In this document: positions 49,600 to 61,290 of the stretch, piece after piece | Numbering within the stretch: position 1 is the first letter of the stretch | Layout: each line of letters starts with the position of its first letter | NCBI GenBank assembly: GCA_951406725.2 | Contig: OX597822.1 | Coordinates: 47,554,001 to 47,618,000, forward strand | DNA length: 64,000 nt | Origin: Octopus vulgaris | Taxonomy: Eukaryota | Direction of reading: 5' to 3' | Made by a program: the position numbers and the translations under genes | The notes under the pieces: model-generated | The model's input: only the letters and a program-made list of their open reading frames with translations | The model's database searches: none | What the model was told of the DNA's origin: nothing

Positions 49600-50150
49600 T
49601 ACTTGTAGTGGGGGCTCGAAACCAAATTCCTGGAAACGCGGTCAGGCATCACGAGCAAACCACAATAGCTTCACGTGGTCGGTCTGTTAACTTACCAATC
49701 AGCGTGAGGCAATGGCGTGGACCGGTTTCCTCGAACATTCTAGAATTTGACCTCCGGTTCCCGGCGTACATTTTAACCATGCAGACGACCTTGAAAGGTG
49801 GCTAAGACAGATGGCGCAGGCAGATGACAAGAACTATTGTCGCTACGAATATAGTACAAGGTGCAGCATTGCAATCTGCATATATTGCATTCTGTTTCAT
49901 GTTTAGAGAAACCATCTGATGTTTGTTAGCAGGGAAAGTAACACTCACGGGCATGTTTCGGTATAATTAATCCTCCTTAGTGAACCAGTCTTCTTCAACC
50001 AGTTTTGTCAGAGGACACACATTGTTATGAATAGAAAAAAAGGTATGAAGATTTTCGCGCCTTACAGTTTTCGTAATTACATAATGAATGAAGCAGACCA
50101 ATGACACGAATATAGGTATGTGATGATGTCGTGAATGACGTGCGCGCACA
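49600..50150. promoter_or_regulatory. CpG-rich non-repetitive segment with clustered TF motifs; candidate promoter / first exon (minus)
   Basis: TTCCTGGAA 49627-49635, CACGTG 49672-49677, CCAAT 49695-49699, HSE CGAACATTCTAGAAT 49732-49746, minus-strand donor TTG|GTAAGT at 49696/49695, TGACGT near 50136. Confidence 0.4.
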
Positions 50151-50171
50151 CAGTATTATTATTATTATTAC

Positions 50172-50246
<75 letters not shown>

Positions 50247-50259
50247 CATCATTATTATT

Positions 50260-50565
50260 ATATGTTTGACGTTTGCTTTGCATTTGTACAAGTTGGCTCC
50301 AAGTCTCACCCAGAGACTTCAAGAGACAACAAGTTAGAAGTTCACGTTGGTGTTATGCCTAGGGTGCCATATATTTGGTTTTGTACATAGTATTTTTCTA
50401 GAGAAACTTTAAGAAACCATAATTTTTTTGAAATTTGAGATTACATAGACAGTATTTTACGTACGATATGGGCAGTTCCCATGAGCACTCGATTTTGAAT
50501 TTCTACCATTTGGGTGTTTCCTGGTATCTGGGCTAGGTAGCAATCAGTCCCTTTTGCTATCATTA
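50260..50565 (-). pseudogene. R4/Dong-like extreme 3' fragment (RLE C-terminus and 3'UTR) within (AAT)n
   Basis: MIAKGTDCYLAQIPGNTQMVEIQNRVLMGTAHIVRKILSM*; flanked by (ATT)n on both sides. Confidence 0.85.
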
Positions 50566-50678
50566 ACCCCTTTTGCTGTCATCAGCCCCTTTTGCTATCA
50601 TTGGCCCCTTTTGCTATCATTGGCCCCTTTTGCTATCAATTAGCCCCTTTTGCTATCAGTTAGCCCCTTTTGCTATCA

Positions 50679-50679
<1 letters not shown>
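50543..50679 (+). repeat. 19-20-bp tandem repeat, 7 copies of CCCTTTTGCTATCA plus short linker
   Basis: Core copies start at 50549, 50568, 50587, 50606, 50625, 50645 and 50665. Confidence 0.95.
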
Positions 50680-50723
<44 letters not shown>

Positions 50724-50998
50724 GGGAGGGAGCAGTGCATACTCACAAAGTAACACGAAGCCCAATATAAACATCATGACTACCCGTCTGATAAGGGTAC
50801 ACCAGGCACCTGCATCACAACCATATGTGCGCGACATGGTGATTTCATATCAAGATAAATAGAGCATGACCTTGCAAGTGGAGCCCAATTAGAATTTTCT
50901 TCAGGTCAAGTAGCCCATCCTGCTCCAAAAGTCCCTGAATAAGGTTTAAGGATGAGGAACGAAACACCCATGTTTCCAGAGGTGAATTATTCAAACCC

Positions 50999-51326
50999 AG
51001 GGAGGGCGCGTGGCTTAGTGGTTAGGGCATTCGGCTCATGATCGTAAGGTTGTGAGTTCGATTCCCGGCGACGCGTTGTGTCCTTGGGCAAGACACTTTA
51101 TTTCACGTTGCTCCAGTCCACTCAGCTGGCAAAAATGAGTTGTACTTGTATTTCAAAGGGTCAGCCTTGTCACTCTCTGTGTCACGTTGATTATCCCCGA
51201 GAACTACGTTAAGGGTACACGTGTCTGTGGAATGCTCAGCCATTTGCACGTTAATTTCACGAGCAAGCTGTTCCGTTGATCGTATCAGCTGGGACCCTCG
51301 TCGTCGTAACCGGCGGAGTCTTTAAA
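50999..51326 (+). mobile_element. Full-length SINE family C inserted into family D
   Basis: A-box TGGCTTAGTGG, B-box GAGTTCGATTCC; 10-bp TSD ATTCAAACCC at 50989-50998 and 51327-51336. Confidence 0.9.
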
Positions 51327-51576
51327 ATTCAAACCCCAAAGAATTCCTCTCGGCGCATGGCTATGATGTTCCCCCACTACTTCTGCTCGTTATCAGAGAT
51401 GCGCATATTGTCAGTCCCTAAGAAACATGCTCAGCTGGTTAAGGTCAAACAACTGACAAGCAAATCTATGGTATTGACCAGAATATTTGCTGTAGCCCAT
51501 CTTTTATACCAAGACAAAACAATGTACATAACACTTCCAGTCAGTTAAGACCAAAAGCCACGGGAGCACCTGCCTG

Positions 51577-51616
<40 letters not shown>

Positions 51617-51626
51617 TATTATTATT

Positions 51627-51662
<36 letters not shown>

Positions 51663-51846
51663 ATTATTATTAAGGCGGTGAGCTGGCAGAATCGTTAGCA
51701 TGCCGAGCAAAATGCTTAGCGGCATTTCACCCGTCTTTACGTTCTGAGTTCAAATTCTACCGAAGTCGATGTAATCGACTATTCTCCACCTCACGAAAGT
51801 TCAGGCCTTGTGCCTATAGTAGAAAGGATTATTATCATTACTATTA

Positions 51847-52016
51847 TTATTTACATTATTTACATTTGAACTCAGGTTTGAAATTTCCCCAAGACACCTG
51901 ATGAAGGCTGGAAGGTATGTCAGCCGAAACGTTGTGTTAATAACAAACAAGATGAGGACAAATATCCGTCAAATGTAAATAATGTACATAATTCCTCATC
52001 ACTTAAATATAGAACT

Positions 52017-52020
<4 letters not shown>
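51847..52020 (+). mobile_element. Penelope-like element pseudo-LTR fragment with partial inverted arrangement
   Basis: 23-bp IR (51847-51869 / 51969-51991, one mismatch) enclosing a hammerhead motif; inserted in (ATT)n. Confidence 0.75.
51893..51938 (+). ncRNA. Minimal type I hammerhead ribozyme motif (Penelope-type)
   Basis: Stem I GACAC/GTGTT, core CTGATGA 51898-51904 (plus extra A), stem II GGCTG/CAGCC, GAAA 51926-51929, palindromic AACGTT; predicted cleavage after GUU at 51933. Confidence 0.8.
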
Positions 52021-52072
<52 letters not shown>

Positions 52073-52074
52073 GC

Positions 52075-52275
52075 TGCTGTTGTTGTTTGTTCGTCCGCTG
52101 TTGTCGACGATGACCAAGGACATTACATAGGAGCAGTCAGTCTGTGGCCAGTCAGTGGGCAGTCAGTCCGATACGTGCTCGGAAGGTTCTGGTGCAGGTC
52201 GGGCACTGGTGGCCTGTTGGTGCATCTTCACCAGGCAGGGCGGTGTTGGGCTTCTGTTTCCGAGGTGTCGGGGAC
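52075..52275 (-). pseudogene. RTE LINE extreme 3' end with C-terminal zinc finger
   Basis: HQCPTCTRTFRARIGLTAH; 3' end GGTCATCGTCGACAACAGCGGACGAACAAACAACAAC running into (AAT)n. Confidence 0.85.
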
Positions 52276-52305
52276 ACACACACATGTGCACACACACATG
52301 TGCAC

Positions 52306-52354
<49 letters not shown>

Positions 52355-52799
52355 CACACACACACACAGAATCCTCAAGAAATTGAGGTACAGGCGTGTC
52401 TGTGTGAGTAAAGACCTTGCGCTTCAAACATGTGGTCTTGAGTTCATTCCCACTGTGTGGCACGTTGGACAAGTGTCTTCTATAACCCCGGGTGAACCAA
52501 AACCTGGTGAGTGGATTTGGTCGGTGAAAACTGAAAGAAGCCTGTTGTATATGTATGTGTGTGTGACAATCGGTGCTAGATTGTTTACGCCTCCGTAAAC
52601 TAGCAGTTCAGCATAAGTGATCGATAGAATAAATATCAGGCTTAAAATAATAAGTATTAGAGTCGGGTCGATTTGTTCTAGTAAACATTTCAAGATGGTG
52701 TCCCACCGGACCGCACTCCATATATATATATCTATAAAATGAAGTAATTTTTCGGAACTATTCAGTAAGCCCCGCGGGCCGCAGGTTACCCTGGCTGTG

Positions 52800-54310
52800 C
52801 TAAAACTGTTATTGTAGTTGTTGGAAGTTCTATGGTTGCTGTTGTTGGTGCTCTGTTTGTTATAGTTGTTGTTGTTATTTTTGTTGCTCTGTTGCAACAC
52901 TTCTTAACATTGTTGCAACACTGGTTAAAATTGTTATTGCAGTGGTTCATTTTGTTGCCATTGCTGTTGTCGTTGCTATTGATGTCGTCTGCATTGTCGT
53001 CTGCTATTGTCGTCTGCATTGTTGTTGATGTTGTCATCGTCGTCTTCGTCACCGCTGCTGCCGTCTTCGCTCTTATCTGTGTTGTTGCTGCAGCTATCTA
53101 GCAGCTATCTTGGTTAGCACTGAATGAGCTAATCTATGATCAAAGGAGTTCCAGACGTGACCATCTCGTTTTCCTTTTTTTTTATCAGGCATATTGTATG
53201 TAAATCAAAAATCAAAAATAAAAACCAGTAAAAACAACAAAAGTCACAAGGATATACACAGTGAATGTATTAGAGTGACACTCGGAGAAACTTTAAGATT
53301 GGAAAAAGAGGGGATGTGACGTTTCAAACATGGCTCTTCGTCAGAAAGAAGAAAAAAGAAAAAGTCCAAAAAGAAGGAAAAGGATAGACTGAGAAAACCA
53401 CGTGACTCGTTACATGGTTGAAAAAATAACTATTGTATGTAGATCTTCATTATCCAGTCCAGTGTGTCGTCTCTTCGTTAAGACTTTAAGGTGTGATTTA
53501 ACGGTGAACTGGTTACTATTCTCCAGCAGATGCTACAAATACGTTGGCGCCTTGTTATTGTTGCTACTGCTGTTGCTGTTACTGGGGCTGACATCGCTAT
53601 TGATGTTGTTATGTTGTTGCTAACATTATTATTGTAACTACAATGACAGTTGTTACCATTGTTGCAAATCCAGATGTTGCAAATATTACCCCTGTTACGT
53701 TTGTCGTGTTTTTGTTTTTACTGTGGTTTTGTTGTTGTTGTCGTCGTCGTTGTTGTTTTTGTTGTGGTTGTTGATGTTTAGCTCAAGTTCAACTTTCAAG
53801 ACAACTTAGAGTCAAGACGTTCCAGTCATGACCAACCACCGTTTATATACTGTGGGCTACATAGCTCAATATGTCACTCCTGTTTCCAGGACGGTATGCT
53901 GAGGGAGATTTAGTTGCCATGTTTAGCAGGTCAAGCAGTTAAATAGAAGCCAGCTCGTTGGCTTGTTTTAATTATGTTTGTTCTTGTTATTGCTACTGTG
54001 GCCGTTTTGGTGCTGTGACTTTAGTTGTTTCGTTGCTGCTGCTGTTGCTGTTGTTGTTGTTGTTGGCGTTAATCTGGAAGTTGTTGCTGCAATTCTGGCG
54101 ACTGATTTTGTTATTGCAGTTATCGTTGTCATAACCATTATAATCCTCCACGTCCACCCTTCTCGTCATCATCATCGTCACCACCGCCACCGCTACCGCC
54201 ACCGCCGCCACCGCCGCCGCCACCACCACCACCACCGCCGCCGCCGCCGCCCCCACCGCCACCACCAAACCGCCGCCGCTGCCACTACCACCTCCTCCTC
54301 CTCCTCCTCC

Positions 54311-54344
<34 letters not shown>

Positions 54345-54476
54345 AAACATCACATAACTGTTATAATTTATGTTATTGATGCTATTATCACCACACCAAA
54401 GGTTCGAAATGATTTATCACTTTTGAGCTATGTACACCCCCAAATCAACACATACAAAAACATATACATGCACACA

Positions 54477-54516
<40 letters not shown>

Positions 54517-54628
54517 CATGCACGTGTGCGCGCACACACACACAAACATTTCGCAACTGTTTCCAATCTTATTGCTGAAATGGAAGTAGCGGGTGAATGT
54601 GTTTGACTCACGTACATATGTCATACAT

Positions 54629-54671
<43 letters not shown>

Positions 54672-55214
54672 CACTCATGCACACATACAAACGCATGCAT
54701 ACATACACACGCAAACACAATGACGCGTACACACACTACTTACATACACATACATACAAACACATACACACGCGCGCACACATACACACGCACATGCAGC
54801 CATACACGACTGCATGTGCACACGCATATACACACAGACACACATATACATACAACACACACACACTCATTCTTATGAGAATACACTCACTCACGTACAC
54901 ACATCCACATATAGTAAAGTGCACGTGTAACACTCACAAACAAGTACACTTGCACGCATGTACGCATGCACACACGCAACACGCATATCACACACCTCAC
55001 TTCCGCTATTAACCTATGGGGTGTGGAGGGAGCGATGAGGGCAAGAGAATCGTGTTATTTGCTGAAAGAAATATCAAAGATCTACAACGAAGAGATTATA
55101 GAGAAGAAAATGGCGGCCACCATGAATGGAGAGAACAGAGAAGTTGACGTTGGTGGTGGTCAGTTACTGCTCCCCCACCGCCCGCTCTGACAAAACGCCC
55201 GGAAAAAACATACT

Positions 55215-55266
<52 letters not shown>
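52800..55266. repeat. Microsatellite-rich zone: (GTT)n, (CAC/CGC/CTC/CAT)n, cryptic (CA)n, (ACT)n
   Basis: Directly visible; accounts for the poly-H/R/S/T ORFs in the track. Confidence 0.95.
53315..53347 (-). ncRNA. Second minimal hammerhead motif, partly decayed, in a Penelope-like fragment (about 53200-53420)
   Basis: Minus strand TTT-CTGACGA-A-GAGC-CAT-GTTT-GAAA-CGTC-ACA; GUC triplet ends at 53318; stem I weak. Confidence 0.6.
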
Positions 55267-55267
<1 letters not shown>

Positions 55268-56174
55268 GTAATAACGATTTGTTTATCACAGATAAACTTT
55301 TAATAATTACTGTTTGTAACTTAGACACAAGGCCAGCAATTGTAGGGAAAGGTGTCTGTCGATTACATCAACCCCAGTGCTTGACTGGCACAACATTTTA
55401 TCGTCTCCGGAAGGATGAAAGTTGAACCTTTCGCTATTGGTCATAGGGGGCCAAAAATTAAGTGCGAAAATCAATATGTCACCCAAGTACAAAAGGGTGA
55501 GAAACTTTCTACATAGATGGAAGCACATCTGATCCTACACATGTGGCGATCGAGCCCTGATCCACCAAGGCAGGATCAGGCACTCATCTCAACTCTCACC
55601 ATGTTCCATTCCCATAATTTCTCTTGAAATAAACTACCTTAATTTCAATTAGTTTTGAAAATATATGTACAAATGTAGTAAAACAACCCTACCACCATCA
55701 AACCGAACCCCGGAACACAAGTTAACATGAAATTTTGATGGGAGGTTTTTCAAATCTGTCTGTTAGCATTTTCCATTTTGGCCGAATCCCTTCATATCCT
55801 TTGGATGTTGCAACTTAATCTTTTCATAAAAGTTTTGTGGGTCTTCACCCATACTTTATCATTTTGGAATTGCATGTACTCAACTCCAATTTACTTAGGG
55901 CAGTATTTCTCTCATCCTATTTTAGGTCTTTCAAGAGCTTCATTCGGTTCTCGTCTGTGGTTCGACAACCGTGCAGCTCAGGCATTGTGAGCGGATAGAC
56001 GATCTTCCTTGGTGATGGTGGGTCTCTTAATAACCTATTTGTTTTCAGACCCATTCTTCTTATTGTTCCGGGTGGTTTTCCTTCCTATCCAGAAAGATTG
56101 TCTTGTGCAAAAGAAAGAGGCCTTTTGGTTCATAGGTGCCCTTCCTCGTCGATTCCTGGTGTTGGATTTACTAG

Positions 56175-57755
56175 ATTAAATATGGAACATGGAGGATGTT
56201 GCACTAACATTTGATGTTCCAACTAACAAAGCTGTAAGTGCCAAATGTTATAAAACAGTCTTAATATAAGCCACTGGTCATGAAAATATACATAATAGTT
56301 CTGGCTTGTGCTCATGGCACAGATCTGTCACCGTTTTTAATATTAAATAGAAAACCTTAGCTTAAAGAGGAAAAGTCAACGAGATGCTTTGGTCCATTCT
56401 CACCCAAAAAGGCTGAATAGATGAAGCTGGACTGATACTGGTCTCACAAATGTGTGACCAAGATATGCTGGTGAACTCTTACGAAAACCACCTTTTCCGG
56501 TTTGGGATCAGCTCGGAGAACACAGGAATAGTGTTGGCTTTGTGTATTCAGAGAAAGTGGGAAAATTGAAAACCCAATTAGCTGCCGTCTCTTGTGGACT
56601 GACGAATAAGCATACGAGAACATCACTATAACACGGGTGTTTGGGTTAATAAAGAAATCTGGAGAAAACGTAAAACCTGAAATAATAGCCAAGTCTTTTC
56701 AGAAGTGTGGAATTAGTAACGCCTTTGACACTACCGAAGAATATGCATTATTTGAAGAAAGTGGCTGATCAATATGGAGCTAGTCAACGAACATTGTTTA
56801 TTTTTTATCGACCTTGAGTTTATCCTGTAGCTGATAGCCAGACACCCATCATTTTTTCTGCAAATAATGTTCTCTCCCTCCAAAAGAAACTTGCCGTTGC
56901 ACTGTAACGTACTCTATCACCTTTAATTTAAAGCAAATAATGTGACTTAATCGTTTGCTTTCTGTAGCCATATTGCCATAAATAAAATGCTGTAAACACT
57001 TAAACCAACCTGGTACGGTTCGGTGTTGTATATATCAGGCAGTGTAATCCGTTTTGTTATGATCATGAACTCATTGATCATACAAAAATATCCATACTAC
57101 AATAGGAACGCCAAATACACGAAATGGCAAACGAGGGTAGTAGTGATGACGAGGTTTTAGGCTTTGATGATGAATTCTGTGGCTTTGAAGAGGTTTAAAG
57201 ATTTTGTTAAAAAGCACTAACGCTTTCCCCATTTTCTCACAGTGTTTTTGTTGATATTCAACTGTACTGTTTGCTTTTGCAATGCTATATTAGGCTGTTC
57301 ATGTAGGATATATTAATTGTAAGTGACCTGTTCGTCTGTTGTGATTTTTTTCTTATATTCTATTATTCTGGTAGATTTTTATTTTATATGCAGTAATGTT
57401 TATTGCTATAACTAACGTGCTTTTGTTTTCTCTTGTAATGTTTTATTACTGGATGCTCTTGATGTAGAATATTTTAACTATCGTGCTCTTCTGCATTATG
57501 TTCAACTGTACTGGTAGCTTGCTTTTTATTAACATTAATGTCTCTGCTATAGATAAGCCGCATCTGTTTTCTTTTATAAATTACAATATTATTATTTAAA
57601 TGGCTTTTCTGCTGTCCAAGTTGCACGTTTTGTTAATTAATTTGCTACTATACAGAGTTCAATAAATATTGAATGCTTAAACACTCTAAAAATACTTTTT
57701 TTTTATATGTTGTGTGTTGTATAAGCTCATGCATCTCACATGCCATCAAATACGG
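56175..57755 (+). mobile_element. Decayed pogo-family DNA transposon (DDE transposase relic plus right TIR)
   Basis: WNMEDVALTFDVPTNKAV..TGHE, PVWDQLGEH..KTQLAAVSCGLT, EIIAKSFQKCGISNAFD; acidic tail SSDDEVLGFDDEFCGF; right end CAAATACGG|TA at 57755. Confidence 0.85.
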
Positions 57756-57899
57756 TAGTTAAGATTTAAACTTTAAAACGACTTCTGATCAAAAACTATT
57801 CCGTTTCACTTGAATGGGCTTTCAGTTGTATAAACAGTTGGATTAGGTAATTAAATTTAAAGTTGAAGCGAAAAATACTTCCAGAAATGAAATAAAATA

Positions 57900-58231
57900 C
57901 AGTGGGGAGTACCCATATCTGAACGGTTCTCTAAACGAACAATTTGTTTAACGAACGGTTTTTCTGGTGGAAATTAAACTCGCATAACTGATAATTGATC
58001 AATAAACCATGAACAGACGACGGACGCATATAAGTGACTGGGAGTCTATTCTCTTAACGAGCAATTGATGGATGGACAGATGAACCTTATTTCATGCCTT
58101 TAGGTAAAGTTGGATGTAGCTTGGAAAGGATTACTTCTGTTTATGTGTATTTCAGTCACTCATATCACGAATAATTCGGTTAGCGAACAGGGCTCCGAAA
58201 CAGATAATGTTCGTATTTAGAAACCCCACAG
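57900..58231. mobile_element. Tigger-like MITE
   Basis: TA|CAGTGGGG..CCCCACAG|TA with repeated CGAAC/GTTCG sub-terminal motifs. Confidence 0.65.
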
Positions 58232-58840
58232 TATTTGAAAACAAAAGTTTTTAAAAGATTTCAGAATAAGAAAGAATTACTTTATATGTTTAGGAATAGC
58301 AAGAAATTATAGGGAAAGCTGAACAGCTGAAGGTCATCAGAGAAGAAGCCCTATCATGCAAATGTTTCGATCCTTAACTCATTACACCCTAAGGGAGCCG
58401 GGTCGCACGAAAGTAATGACTCTTGGAGTCAAGACACACTTCTAGTAACGGGATAAACTATTTGAAAACAAGTGTTTTTGAAGGTTTTAGCATGAAACGG
58501 AATTACATAAAATATGTTTATGGGCGCAAGCACGGATAGGTAGCTAAGAAGCTCGCTCTACAACCACGTGATTTCCGGTTGTCCACTGCGCAATACCTTA
58601 ACCAAGTGTCTTCTACTATAGTCCTGGAACGACCCATGCCTTATGAGTGAAGTTAGTAGATGAAAACTGTGTGGAAGCTCGTTGTTCACATATACGTATA
58701 CATACAATCATGCATGCATACATACATACATACATACATACATACATACATACATACATACATACATACATACATACATACATACATACATACATACATA
58801 CATACATACATACATACATACATGCATACATACATACATA

Positions 58841-59701
58841 CCCTGGGATATGTAACACACTGCCTAAATACCTATCTTGAGAAATCAGGCTTCTCAAAAC
58901 CAGAAAGGAAAAAACTAATTCGAAGACTACAGATCCAATCCATCACTGGAACTGTAAAATCTGTAAAAATCTGTAAAATTTACCAGAAGTTTATCTTTTA
59001 AATATATATGAGCATGTCTAGATATCCAACTATAAGCATCAGAATACATACATAAAACATACAAATCTGCGCATACATACATACATACATACATACATAC
59101 ATACATACATACATACATACATACATACATACATACATACATACATACATACATACATACATACATGGTGGCTGCCCCCTCGTTATCGAGTATGGCCATT
59201 GCATGAAGCTTAATCAATGTTGTTACCGTGCAATGCCTGTGCAAGAAGATTTTTTTTAAAGTGAGGAAAAGCTGTGCACTGAGTCAATCCCACTCACTAA
59301 GCAACAGCAGCCATAATCCGAAAAGAAGAACAAGTCAACATCATCGGTAACCACTGAGCCGCAGGTTTTATGTCGGAGTTATCCCAGTTACCTGAGTTAC
59401 CTTCTCCTAGAAGGATGCCTTAACAAAGGCTAGGAGTCCTTCACTCCCTATGGTTTAACCGCGCGATCGGGTATTCAGTCCGATTATTTCTATGTCCCCG
59501 CGCATGATACATCCTTAAGACATACATACATACAACATACATACATACATACATACATACATACATACATACATACATACATACATACATACATACCTTG
59601 TTGATGCTGAAATTCCAATGAAGGAACCTTGGATCTAGGTTAGGTTAGAAATCGGTTCTTTCTCTATTGGCAAGAAATCTTGAAATATACTGAATAATAA
59701 C
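58841..59701 (+). mobile_element. RLE-type non-LTR retroelement 3' end embedded in (ATAC)n, interrupted at 59166-59520 by a second element
   Basis: LGYVTHCLNTYLEKSGFSKPERKKLIRRLQIQSITGTVK..ICK, resembling RLE C-termini. Unique segments 58841-59071 and 59596-59701 are bounded by CATA repeats; joining them into one element is inference. Confidence 0.6.
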
Positions 59702-59702
59702 A

Positions 59703-59764
<62 letters not shown>

Positions 59765-60355
59765 TCCCTTGCCGCCGTTTCACAACCGAGGTTGGCTCGC
59801 TTAAGTCCCCGTAGCCTAGTGGCTCGGCAAAAGAGAACCAGTGGAATAAGTATCCTATTTAAATGAGTAATGGAGGTCATTTTGCTCAGCTACCAATACA
59901 ACCGCTGTCCAATGACTGAAACAAGTAGAAGATAAAAGATATTAGATAATAGAAAAAATTAGAGAGAAAATGCGGTGAGATTGAGGAAAAAATAAACAAA
60001 AGAGTAAGATATATAAAAATGCAAGAACAGAGAGAAATACCGAGATAAGTGATAGGAATGGGAGGGAGAAAGAGGAAGTATGGACGTTTTCCAATGGTTT
60101 AAGAAGTACATTTTTCATAACAAGTGGTGCGCTCCTGGTAAGCAATAGGGGAGACAATCTCTTCTAGTTTTAAGTTGAGGCAGATAAAGTTTGGAATTTG
60201 TCTCTTATTTTTCTTATTATTTTTCGCTTTTATCGACCGTATATTTTTGCTTTAGCTAATAATATCACAACGTGGCTTGCAGCTGATGAAACCTATTGAG
60301 GCACAAACACGTGTCCACGGCTGCCCTCTTATCTTATCTCCCCAACCTTTCTCTC

Positions 60356-60421
<66 letters not shown>

Positions 60422-60791
60422 TGTGTGTGTGTGTATTCGATAATATTTTGAAAAGAAAAGCGTTTCATATTTAATTTCATATACATGTATATATACATAC
60501 GTATGTGTTTGTGTGCGAGTGTGCACAAATCAAATAAAATAATTTATGATAAAAATTAGCAGTGTCATTTCCATTAGAAATAACATCTATTGCAGAGCCA
60601 AATCTTTCACTACATATCACCTATATTTGCGTCTCTGACTATCACTCACTCCTACGCCATTTGTTGTTTTAGTTTCCCTCTGCCTGCGTGACTAGAGTGT
60701 GAAACATATTGTGTTTTATTATGTCATACATACTCGTCTGTTATACTCCACCCCACACACACTACACACACACACACACTACAGACACACA

Positions 60792-60836
<45 letters not shown>

Positions 60837-61290
60837 ACTCACATACACACACACACTACGCACACGCACACACACACATTCTGTTTAAATGTTCGTGTAA
60901 AGATGATTAGCCACGGCAGACGAGATATATGTATATAAAACCCCTTATAATTCCCCTTATATAAAAAAAAGGAACAGAAAACGTAAAACCAAAACATAAT
61001 AAAAAGAATTTAAAAAAAAAGGAGAGAGTAGTGCAGATAAAAAAACACTTTAGTATTTCTGTGGTTAAAATTTTTGTAGCCACAATGAATTCATAATCCT
61101 TGAAAACAAATATACATCTATGTACAAGTGTGCACGTGTGTTTATATACAGCATATACATCCATACAAACGCGCGCGCGCACTCACACACATTCACGACT
61201 ACGTTTCGCTTTTTTTTGTTTTGTTCCTAATCTCATTCGTACGTTTAATATTTTCCCAAATCTTGGCTTATAGCTTCTATATTATAATTA

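Noticed and set aside
50543-50679. Mini CRISPR-like array
   Set aside because: Linkers are only 5-6 nt and the unit derives from adjacent retrotransposon coding sequence.
51001-51075. tRNA gene (also other SINE heads)
   Set aside because: A and B boxes are present but there is no closed acceptor stem, and it continues into a SINE body with TSD.
53978-55012. Poly-His/Arg/Ser and HT-repeat proteins
   Set aside because: Translations of compound microsatellites; the same applies to poly-I/N/L and YIHT/MYVC ORFs elsewhere.
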